Of a stretch of 64,000 nt of DNA, positions 57,021 to 64,000 are shown in pieces (positions within the stretch are counted from its first letter, which is position 1; the number at the start of each line of letters is the position of its first letter). Under the pieces are notes generated by a model, which saw only the letters and a program-made list of their open reading frames with translations, did no database searches and was not told where the DNA came from. The translations under genes were made by a program, and so were the position numbers. The DNA is from Campylobacter sp. (lineage in GTDB: Bacteria; Campylobacterota; Campylobacteria; Campylobacterales; Campylobacteraceae): NCBI RefSeq assembly GCF_019423325.1, contig NZ_JAHZBQ010000003.1, forward strand, positions 138,601 through 202,600, given 5' to 3'.

Positions 57021-57794
57021 GTGCGAAAGCCTTACAAAAACCCAAATTCTAACGCCCGATTCGCAGCCACTGGGTCTTGCGCGGAAAAATTTAAAAAGCG
57101 CGGCGTTAAATTTTTCGTGCTGCAAAACACAGGATTTTTTGCAACAAAATTTGGTAGCACGAAATTTTGCGGCGCAGAGCCCGGGGCACACGATGCCAAG
57201 CTTCGCGGTTTTAAATTTTGCAATGAAACGCTTCGTCATACGCGACAAATTCGGCAATCACGACACTCGCATTTTAAATTTCACGACGAGAAATTTAATG
57301 GCGCGAAATTTGCGACCTGCGGAACAAGATTTTTAGGGGCGAACTTTCGCGGCGTGGAATTCTGCAAATCAAAATTTATGGCACGCGGCGTCAAATTTTA
57401 CAAAGCAGAATTGCGCGAGACGGGTTTTTTAACTCGCACTGCAGAATTGTACGGCACAAAATTTCACGAGATGAAGTTCCAGACGCTAAATTTAGAGCTT
57501 AAAATGAAATTTAGCGAAGCGAAATTCGGCGAGGTAAAATTCCGCGATGGCGCGCTTTTAAAATTTGCCGCCGCAAAAGGGCTGCGACGCAGTCCTAGCC
57601 TTTGTGTCGCCATACCCTTTAAATTTACCGCGCTGCAAAACGCGGGATTTTTTGCAACAAAATTTGACGAAGCGGAATTTTGCGGCGTAAAATTTTATAA
57701 AGCAAGATTGCGCCGCGCAAAATTTTATGCTGCAGAATTTGCGGCGAAGGGCGAGAAATTTTGCGGCATGAAACGGCGCGGAGCGGGCGCGTGA
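57021..57794 (+). CDS. pentapeptide-repeat-like protein (Phe/Leu at ~5-residue periodicity)
   Basis: 257 aa. Runs such as GANFRGVEFCKSKFMARGVKFYKAELRETGF. Internal duplication (LQNTGFFATKFGSTKFCGA / LQNAGFFATKFDEAEFCGV). The TGA overlaps the nadD GTG (GTGA). Confidence 0.4.
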   Translation: MRKPYKNPNSNARFAATGSCAEKFKKRGVKFFVLQNTGFFATKFGSTKFCGAEPGAHDAKLRGFKFCNETLRHTRQIRQSRHSHFKFHDEKFNGAKFATCGTRFLGANFRGVEFCKSKFMARGVKFYKAELRETGFLTRTAELYGTKFHEMKFQTLNLELKMKFSEAKFGEVKFRDGALLKFAAAKGLRRSPSLCVAIPFKFTALQNAGFFATKFDEAEFCGVKFYKARLRRAKFYAAEFAAKGEKFCGMKRRGAGA

Positions 57795-59290
57795 AGATCG
57801 CGCTTTTCGGCGGCAGTTTCGATCCGCCGCATGCAGGACACGACGCCGCGGTAAAGGCGATTTTATCAAGCCTAAAGCCCGATTTGCTGGTAATAATGCC
57901 GTCGTTTTTAAACCCGTTTAAAAAGAGCTTTTCGGCGCCGCCGCAGCTGCGGCTTAGATGGTGCCGCGCGCTGTGGAGCGACGCCCCGCACGTGGAGGTA
58001 AGCGATTATGAAATTTCGCAAAACGTGCCGGTACCCACGATACAAAGCGTGAAATTTCTGCTCGAAAAATACGGCGGAAACGGCAAAATCGCGGCAGAGA
58101 CGGCAGCCTCGACGAGCGAAACCCCGACAGCCGTAACGGATAGGGCTTTATCTAACGGCGCAAATATTGCGAATAAAATTTCTGCCGGTGCTTATACTCC
58201 TGGCAGTGCAGACGAAATTTTACCCGAGAAGACGGACGGGGCTTTGTCGTGCGGCATAGCTAAAATTTCAAGCGACGATGCCTGCACCGCCGTTAATACG
58301 GATAGAGTAAGTATCTCCGCCAACGCAAAAAACAAAATTCTGCAAGGCAGCGTGGCAGATAAAATTTTGATCTGCGATGGAAGTGAAACAAAGGGGATTT
58401 CGCAAAGCACGGTGAGTGGAATTTCGGGCGGCTGCAAAAGTAATGCGGGCGGTGCAAACGACGTAAGCAAAATTTTAAGTGCAGATGCGAGCGAAATCAC
58501 AAATGCAAGCGTAATTTCAAGCCCCGTTGCAAGCGAAATTTCAAGCAGCAATGCAAATTGCATTGCTGATACAGGCGATATAAATGACGCAAATAGTGCA
58601 GGTGACACAGGCGGCGCAGATGACGCGAGCGATGTGCGCGATGTGAGCAGTGCAGATGAAGCAAGCAAAGCAAATAGTGCAAGCGGCACAGATACAATCT
58701 CAAAGCTCTACATCGTCGTGGGCGCCGACAACCTAGCAGAGCTTCATAAATGGCGCGATTTTAGCGAGCTGCAAAAATTGGCGGAGTTTGTAGTGCTTAC
58801 TAGACCTGGCTACGAGATCCCGCGGCAGTGGGCGGCTCTAAGGCGCATCGAGATTGCCGTAGATGCGAGCTCAAGCGGTTTTAGGCGAGATTTCAAAGGC
58901 GAAATCCCACCCAAGATCGCAGCAGAGGTCATAAAATTTTATAAAAGGAAAGATATGCAAGATCCAAAGCAGAGGGCGGAAAAGATCGCCGAAATTTTAA
59001 ACGAAAAGAAAGCCGAAGACGTCCAGATCATCGATATGGAAGGGCGCGAATATATCGCGAAATTCGTGGTTATCGCCACTATGCTAACCTCCCGCCACGC
59101 AGCCTCGCTTATCGAGGAGCTAAAAAGCGTGCTTAAGCCGCTTGGGGAGGAGTTTTTGGCTATCGAAAGCGGCGATGAGTGGAGCGTCGTCGATCTCGGC
59201 GATATCATAGTCCATCTCATCAGCGAGGCTTACCGCGCCAAATACAATATCGAGGACTTCCTCGACAAACTCAAAAAAGAGCAATTTTAA
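57791..59290 (+). CDS. nadD: nicotinate-nucleotide adenylyltransferase with ~200-aa low-complexity insert, reading frame continuous with rsfS
   Basis: VKIALFGGSFDPPHAGH (GxFxPxHxGH) from the GTG at 57791. C-terminal half is KLYIVVGADNLAELHKW...ISSS-like. Residues ~106-314 of the track ORF are Ser/Ala/Asp/Asn-rich. There is no stop before the rsfS domain. Confidence 0.8.
   Translation: MKIALFGGSFDPPHAGHDAAVKAILSSLKPDLLVIMPSFLNPFKKSFSAPPQLRLRWCRALWSDAPHVEVSDYEISQNVPVPTIQSVKFLLEKYGGNGKIAAETAASTSETPTAVTDRALSNGANIANKISAGAYTPGSADEILPEKTDGALSCGIAKISSDDACTAVNTDRVSISANAKNKILQGSVADKILICDGSETKGISQSTVSGISGGCKSNAGGANDVSKILSADASEITNASVISSPVASEISSSNANCIADTGDINDANSAGDTGGADDASDVRDVSSADEASKANSASGTDTISKLYIVVGADNLAELHKWRDFSELQKLAEFVVLTRPGYEIPRQWAALRRIEIAVDASSSGFRRDFKGEIPPKIAAEVIKFYKRKDMQDPKQRAEKIAEILNEKKAEDVQIIDMEGREYIAKFVVIATMLTSRHAASLIEELKSVLKPLGEEFLAIESGDEWSVVDLGDIIVHLISEAYRAKYNIEDFLDKLKKEQF
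58955..59290 (+). CDS. rsfS: ribosome silencing factor RsfS (iojap-like), internal start in frame with nadD
   Basis: MQDPKQRAEKIAEILNEKKAEDVQIIDM...FVVIAT..S.RH......E.......GDEWSVVDLGDIIVHL. AAAGGAAAG RBS before the ATG at 58955. Confidence 0.75.
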   Translation: MQDPKQRAEKIAEILNEKKAEDVQIIDMEGREYIAKFVVIATMLTSRHAASLIEELKSVLKPLGEEFLAIESGDEWSVVDLGDIIVHLISEAYRAKYNIEDFLDKLKKEQF

Positions 59291-59299
59291 GGAGGGAGC

Positions 59300-60673
59300 G
59301 TGCCGAGACAGACCTGGAGCAGCAAGCTCACATATATCTTAACTGTCGCAGGCGCCACGATCGGCTTTGGCTGCACGTGGCGGTTTCCGTATTTAGTCGG
59401 GCAAAACGGCGGCGGCGCCTACGTGCTCATATTTTGCATCGCAATGATCGTGCTTGGGATCCCGATGATCTTGGTAGAAAACGTCATCGGACGCCGTGCG
59501 CTAAGAAACTGCGTCGATGCCTTTGCAGCGCCTAAAAAGGACGGCTCGCGCATAAAGCCGGCATGGAAAATCGTAGGCATCATGGGCGTAATCGGCGCGT
59601 TTGGAATTTTGGCCTACTATATGGTCCTTGGCGGCTGGGTGCTAACCTACATCGTAAACATCGTAAGCGGCAACTTCGACCTCTCCGCGCGGATCACAGA
59701 CCCCGCATTTACGCAAAAATTCTACGCAGATCACATCGAAAATAGCCCGCTCGGCGTCGGAGCTTACACGCTCGTTTTCATAGCGATCAACTGGTACATT
59801 TTGAAAAACGGCATCATCGAGGGGATCGAAAAATTCGTAAAATTTCTAATGCCCGCGCTATTTTTGTGCTTCATCGCGGTGATCCTTACAAATTTAACGC
59901 TCGAAGGCGCAAAGGAAGGCGTGAAATTTTATCTCGGCGTCGATTTTGCCAAGATCACGCCCAAGCTTTTGATCGACGTTTTGGGACAGGTCTTTTTCGC
60001 GCTCTCGCTCGGTTTCGGCGTGATGATCACGCTATCTAGCTTCCTCAACAAAGACGAGAAGCTGATGCAAACGGCCACCATCACCGCAGTCGTAAACACC
60101 CTCATCGCCGTGCTTGCGGGCTTTATGATCTTCCCATCGCTCTTTAGCGCGGGGCTTGAGCCGAGCAGCGGCTCGTCGCTGGTTTTTAAGAGCCTGCCGA
60201 TCGCGTTTTCGCACATGCCGTTCGGCAACGCCGTCGCGGTGGTCTTTCTCTCGATTTTGCTCATCGCCGCGCTTACGACGTCGATCACGATCTATCAGGT
60301 CATCATAAATTTCGTCGAGGAGCGCTTCGGTTTTTCGACGCTAAAGGCGGTAAATTTAACGCTCGGCGGCGTCTTCGTGCTCGGCAACCTGCCCTGCATA
60401 CTCTCAAGCAGCGTGCTTGCGGACGTTAAAATTCTGGGGCGCTCGGTTTTCGACGCCTTCGACTTCGTAAGCGCGAACGTATTTTTCGTGCTAACGGCGC
60501 TTCTGTGCTGCGTCTATGTGGGCTGGGTGCTGAAAAAGGACGCGATCTACGAGCTCACCAACGAAGGCGATCTAAGCGCGCGGCTCGCAGGAGTTTGGTT
60601 TTTATACGTCAAATTTATCCTGCCGCTCATCATCGCGGTGATCTTCGGATACGGGATTTTCGGCCAAATTTAA
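59300..60673 (+). CDS. sodium-dependent transporter, NSS (SNF) family
   Basis: 457 aa. WSSKLTYILTVAGATIGFGCTWRFPYL..NGGGAY is the NSS TM1 signature. Polytopic. Confidence 0.88.
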   Translation: MPRQTWSSKLTYILTVAGATIGFGCTWRFPYLVGQNGGGAYVLIFCIAMIVLGIPMILVENVIGRRALRNCVDAFAAPKKDGSRIKPAWKIVGIMGVIGAFGILAYYMVLGGWVLTYIVNIVSGNFDLSARITDPAFTQKFYADHIENSPLGVGAYTLVFIAINWYILKNGIIEGIEKFVKFLMPALFLCFIAVILTNLTLEGAKEGVKFYLGVDFAKITPKLLIDVLGQVFFALSLGFGVMITLSSFLNKDEKLMQTATITAVVNTLIAVLAGFMIFPSLFSAGLEPSSGSSLVFKSLPIAFSHMPFGNAVAVVFLSILLIAALTTSITIYQVIINFVEERFGFSTLKAVNLTLGGVFVLGNLPCILSSSVLADVKILGRSVFDAFDFVSANVFFVLTALLCCVYVGWVLKKDAIYELTNEGDLSARLAGVWFLYVKFILPLIIAVIFGYGIFGQI

Positions 60674-60932
60674 AGCCGCAAGAGTTTTAAATTTTAAATT
60701 TGCCCGCGGCGGTGCGGCTCACTTCGCCGCAATATATTTTATGCCAAGGCATGATAGAATTTTAAAATTTCATTCGCTCCGTTACATACGCTGCAGCGTG
60801 GGTTTTTACTCGGTGCGACACATTGTATTGAAACTTGCGGCACGGCGGTCTTGCGACTAGGTGCGAGACACCGCACCGCAGTTATAATATAAATTCAGCG
60901 CAGGCGTAGCCTGCCCCTTGTAAAGCGTCGTC

Positions 60933-61012
60933 GGGGGTTAGGTGGGGTTTGGGGCGGGAAGCGCCGCCTCTGCGAGAAGTGCGACCTCGCAACCGAGGCC
61001 CCTTCCCGCCCC
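60933..61012. other. G-tract run (G5-N6-G4-N3-G4-N1-G3) merging into a 62-nt GC-rich hairpin
   Basis: Read directly. GGGGCGGGAAG (60951-60961) pairs perfectly with CTTCCCGCCCC (61002-61012). Inner helices are GCCTC/GAGGC and TGCGAG/CTCGCA. A TATAAT lies at 60883-60888 upstream. Confidence 0.5.
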
Positions 61013-61205
61013 GTAAAAAGCTTTAACGCGTCTAGCGAAGCGGGCGTCAGAATTTTGAAATTTTATCTGCACGCGCCGTGCAAGCGTGATCATAAACGCA
61101 AAAAGGCGCGGCTAAATTTTAAAATTCCATCTGCCGCGACACTTTAAAATTTCCGCGACAAGCGCGCGATAAATTTAAAATTTAGCCGCAATTTAGGGGT
61201 TTTCA

Positions 61206-61787
61206 ATGCTTCTGTTTTTCTTTACGATCTTTCCGATATCGCTGATGCCGGGCATCAACATGACCTACGCGCTAAATCTCGGCATCGCGCGCGGCTATCT
61301 TAGGGCGCTGCCTGCACTGATCGCGCAGGTGCTGGGCGTCGCAGCCGTGGCGCTTGCGTGCGTATTCGGCGTCGCGGGCATTCTGCTTGCGCACCCTGCG
61401 GCGCTTAGCGCGATTAAAATTTTAGGCGGCGCGTATATCTTCTATCTGGGCGTCGCGACCTTTTTGGCGCGCGGAAATTTCAAGCTGCAAAAACAAAAGC
61501 GCAGCGAAAATATCTTCTTCCAAGGCCTCGTAGTCGCGGTCTCAAACCCCAAGGCATGGATATTTTTTACCGCACTCTTTCCGCCATTTTTGGATGCAGA
61601 CAATCTTTTCGGCGCGCGCACATTTGCTCTCGTGGCGATCTTGTGCGTGAGTGAAAGCATCTGCCTTAGCATATATGCGCTGGGCGGAGCGGTGCTAAAA
61701 AATCTGCTGAAAACCCATCTGAAATACCTCGAAATTTTCTGCTCGGTGCTGATGTGTGCGATCGGGCTGTGGATGATTTTGAGCTAA
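61206..61787 (+). CDS. LysE/RhtB-family amino-acid exporter
   Basis: 193 aa with six hydrophobic segments. PGINMTYAL N-terminal motif and NPKAWIFF motif. Confidence 0.8.
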   Translation: MLLFFFTIFPISLMPGINMTYALNLGIARGYLRALPALIAQVLGVAAVALACVFGVAGILLAHPAALSAIKILGGAYIFYLGVATFLARGNFKLQKQKRSENIFFQGLVVAVSNPKAWIFFTALFPPFLDADNLFGARTFALVAILCVSESICLSIYALGGAVLKNLLKTHLKYLEIFCSVLMCAIGLWMILS

Positions 61788-62239
61788 AATTTTGATTAAA
61801 TTTAGCGCCCGGGTTTTGATGAAATTTTAAATTTAAAAGATAGATTGAAAAGCGGTATTGCTGCGGCTAAATCCTAAGAAAAGCTCTTAAAATTTAACCA
61901 TTAGCTTTGAATTAAAATTTTAAGCGATCGGTTATTGCGTGCAGCAAGCGCGGCGGCGGTTATCGTCCAGGGTTAGCTTGCGGTGCGTCTAAGAGATTTG
62001 CGGGCAGCGATTATCGTCCGCAGCTAATCCGCAGCGAACCTACGAGCGCTTAAGAGATTTCAGCTTTGTGTACTGCACGAGCCGTATCCTCTCTACTCGG
62101 ATTATGCGTTTAAACGGATTTTGGCTCTGCGAGTAGCACCGCTTCCGTTTGTGACATGCCCGCGCAATTTAAAATTTACGCAAGCGAAGCGCAATGGACT
62201 CAGGTTTTTGTATCGCCGCGTCCGCTTAAATTTTAAAAT

Positions 62240-62863
62240 TTAATCTCTACCGTGAAGCTCGCCCATATAAAATTTCACCGAGCCGAGACCCTCTTTTTTC
62301 GCCCATTCATAGGCACCTGAGACGAACTCCCAGTTGATGCCCGCGTAGAATTTCTCCAAATATTTCGGACGCGCGTTGTGCTCATCGATGTAATACGCGT
62401 GCTCCCAAACGTCCACGACTAGAAGCGGCACGAGTCCCTCGGTCACCGGCGTAGCGGCGTTTTGAGTCGCTTTGATGCAAAGCTTGCCTGATTTCGGATC
62501 GTAAGCGAGCCACACCCAGCCCGAGCCGAAATGAGCCGTAGCAGCAGCCAAAAACTCGCTTTTAAAATCCGAGAAATTTTCCGCCAGTGCCGATTTTAGC
62601 TCCGCGGACGGCTCGCTAGGCTTTGCGATGCAATCCCAGTAAAAATCGTGGTTGTAAACCTGCGCTGCGTTGTTAAAAAGCCCGCCGCTAGCAGCCGTTA
62701 CGATCTCGTAAAGCCCCTTGCCCGCAAACTCGCCCGATTCGGTAAGTTTATTTAAATTTGCCACATAGGTCGCATGGTGCTTGCCGTGGTGATAATCACA
62801 GGTTTCTTTGCTTACGACCGCATTGTGCGCCGCATCGAACGGCAACTCTCTAAGTTTAAACAT
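62240..62863 (-). CDS. sodB: superoxide dismutase (Fe/Mn family)
   Basis: 207 aa with HHGKHH, FGSGWVWL and DVWEHAYY. Confidence 0.92.
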   Translation of the reverse strand: MFKLRELPFDAAHNAVVSKETCDYHHGKHHATYVANLNKLTESGEFAGKGLYEIVTAASGGLFNNAAQVYNHDFYWDCIAKPSEPSAELKSALAENFSDFKSEFLAAATAHFGSGWVWLAYDPKSGKLCIKATQNAATPVTEGLVPLLVVDVWEHAYYIDEHNARPKYLEKFYAGINWEFVSGAYEWAKKEGLGSVKFYMGELHGRD

Positions 62864-63016
62864 CTTTCTCTCCTTGAAATGAATTTTGAAGCGATTATAG
62901 CCTAAAATTTCTAAACGAATAATAAAATTTATTATTTAGGATTAATTTTAAGATAAATTTCAATCGAAGCTCGCTCCTAATATAATCTCGCTTCAAATTT
63001 AAAATTTAGGCGGTTT

Positions 63017-63326
63017 ATGAACACCAAAGGCTTTGTTTTCATAATTATCGGAGCGCTTTTTTGAGTGCGGCTGGGCTTACGGACTTAAGCACGCTTCTAG
63101 TGCGCACGATTGGCTACTGACCACCACCTGCGTAATCGTGAGCTTTTTATATTTATGCTTGCTTTAAAATACGTCGGCGCGGCGCTTGCATACGTCCTAT
63201 ATACGGGTATCAGCACGATCGGCGCCGTGATGCTGGGCATATTCGTCCGCCGCGAGAAAATTTCTGCGCGCAAAGCACCTGTTATTTCTCATAATTTCAA
63301 GTGCCGTAATGTTTAAATTAATTTAG
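63017..63326 (+). pseudogene. SMR-family (SugE/EmrE-like) small multidrug/guanidinium exporter, at least three frame disruptions
   Basis: MNTKGFVFIIIGALF then a TGA at 63062 after a T6 run. The next frame gives ECGWAYGLKHAS...VSFLYLCLL. The third frame (track ORF 63110-63316) gives ALKYVGAALAYVLYTGISTIGAVMLGIFV.REKISA. The last TM (LLFLIISSAVMFKLI) is in yet another frame. Confidence 0.7.
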
Positions 63327-63379
63327 AATTTTGGCGAATTTAGCTAAGCTTAGCGCTAAATTTAACGCAAAGGAAAATC

Positions 63380-63850
63380 ATGAAAATCATTGAAGGCTCG
63401 CTTGCTCTTAAGGGCAGCGAAAAAATTCTAATCATCAACGCCCGTTTCAACCACATCATCACAGATCGCCTAGTCGAAGGGGCGCACGATGCGTTTTTGC
63501 GCCACGGCGGCAAGGAGGAAAATTTAAGCCTGATGCTTGTTCCTGGCGCGTTTGAGATCCCGCTCGCGCTTGAAAAGGCGCTAGCTTCCAAGCTCTACGA
63601 CGCCGTCGTCTGCCTAGGCGCGGTTATCCGCGGCTCTACACCGCATTTTGACTACGTAAGCGCCGAGGTAAGCAAGGGGATCGCGAACACCATGCTAAAA
63701 TACGGCGCACCCGTGACTTTCGGCGTGCTAACTACCGATAATATCGAGCAGGCAATCGAGCGTGCAGGCGCGAAGGCTGGCAACAAGGGCTTTGAAGCGA
63801 TGAGCGGCGCGATCGAGCTTCTAAGTCTATTTCGCAACATAAAGGCTTAA
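63380..63850 (+). CDS. ribH: 6,7-dimethyl-8-ribityllumazine synthase
   Basis: 156 aa. ARFN..I...[23 protein letters not shown]. Confidence 0.92.
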   Translation: MKIIEGSLALKGSEKILIINARFNHIITDRLVEGAHDAFLRHGGKEENLSLMLVPGAFEIPLALEKALASKLYDAVVCLGAVIRGSTPHFDYVSAEVSKGIANTMLKYGAPVTFGVLTTDNIEQAIERAGAKAGNKGFEAMSGAIELLSLFRNIKA

Positions 63851-63851
63851 A

Positions 63852-64000
63852 ATGGCCACCAGACACCAAGCCAGGCTCGCTGCGATCTCGCTGCTTTACT
63901 CCCAAGATATGAACGGCGGCGGCGAGGACTTTGCGGACGAATATCTGGATGAAAAGCGCATTCGCAACGAGCAGCGCAACTGGACGCTGGCGCTTCTGCG
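63852..64000 (+). CDS. nusB: transcription antitermination factor NusB (N-terminal part, runs off right edge)
   Basis: MATRHQARLAAISLLYSQDM... Conserved ribH-nusB adjacency. Truncated by the window end. Confidence 0.8.
   Translation, partial: MATRHQARLAAISLLYSQDMNGGGEDFADEYLDEKRIRNEQRNWTLALL

Noticed and set aside
56868-57869. Minus-strand ORFs (129, 63 and 103 aa) overlapping the pentapeptide-like ORF
   Set aside because: They are mirror-image products of the same AAATTT/GCAAAATT repeats (KFxxKF strings). The plus-strand ORF is favoured only because it fills the serS-nadD gap and couples to nadD through a GTGA overlap. None of them is secure.

Overview
This 64-kb window reads as Campylobacter-type (epsilonproteobacterial) core chromosome with two AT-rich accessory blocks.

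Core genes: The blocks serA-rpsA-ispH-aroA-pheT-pheS/HIT, ffh-rpsP-KH-rimM-trmD-rplS, and rluA-like/waaA/COG1579/nif3/glyQ ... purE/U32 peptidase ... glnA match C. jejuni gene order as I remember it. This was not checked by any search. Other recognisable genes:
- a Fur-family regulator divergent from znuA and a DUF1007::NicO fusion
- dps
- an M23 peptidase with an overlapping bactofilin
- a double-ATPase activase plus dehydratase-like pair
- comEC
- a NikKMLQO-type ECF metal importer
- serS
- a nadD-rsfS fused frame
- an NSS transporter, a LysE exporter, sodB and ribH-nusB
- five tRNA genes: Ser-GCU, a Lys/Asp/Val cluster, and a Glu-CUC-like gene

Accessory block 1 (41.8-46.7 kb): Ten small co-directional genes abut the 3' end of the tRNA cluster. 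They look like an orphan poly-immunity island: a SUKH/SMI1 protein, colicin-immunity-like and MafI-like proteins, and two internally duplicated unknown families. No toxin, integrase or secretion gene is present.

Accessory block 2 (49.1-51.2 kb) is the best candidate for an undescribed system: It holds a divergent XRE regulator and a 54-codon gene missing from the ORF track, with a strong RBS. That gene encodes a cysteine-ladder peptide (TCACFCSCSCGMCVCSC). An intercistronic hairpin follows, then a radical SAM/SPASM maturase. I read this as a minimal RiPP-like locus whose core I cannot assign to a named class.

Recurrent oddities:
- Ser/Ala/Asn-rich low-complexity inserts sit inside otherwise conserved enzymes (KdsA, WaaA, NadD, GlyQ tail, a GNAT).
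- AAATTT-rich spacers carry long dubious ORFs.
- There are two multi-lesion pseudogenes (a GNAT and an SMR exporter).
- A GC-rich hairpin with a G-quadruplex-type motif lies in an otherwise AT-rich spacer.

I found no rRNA genes, CRISPR arrays, transposases or integrases.
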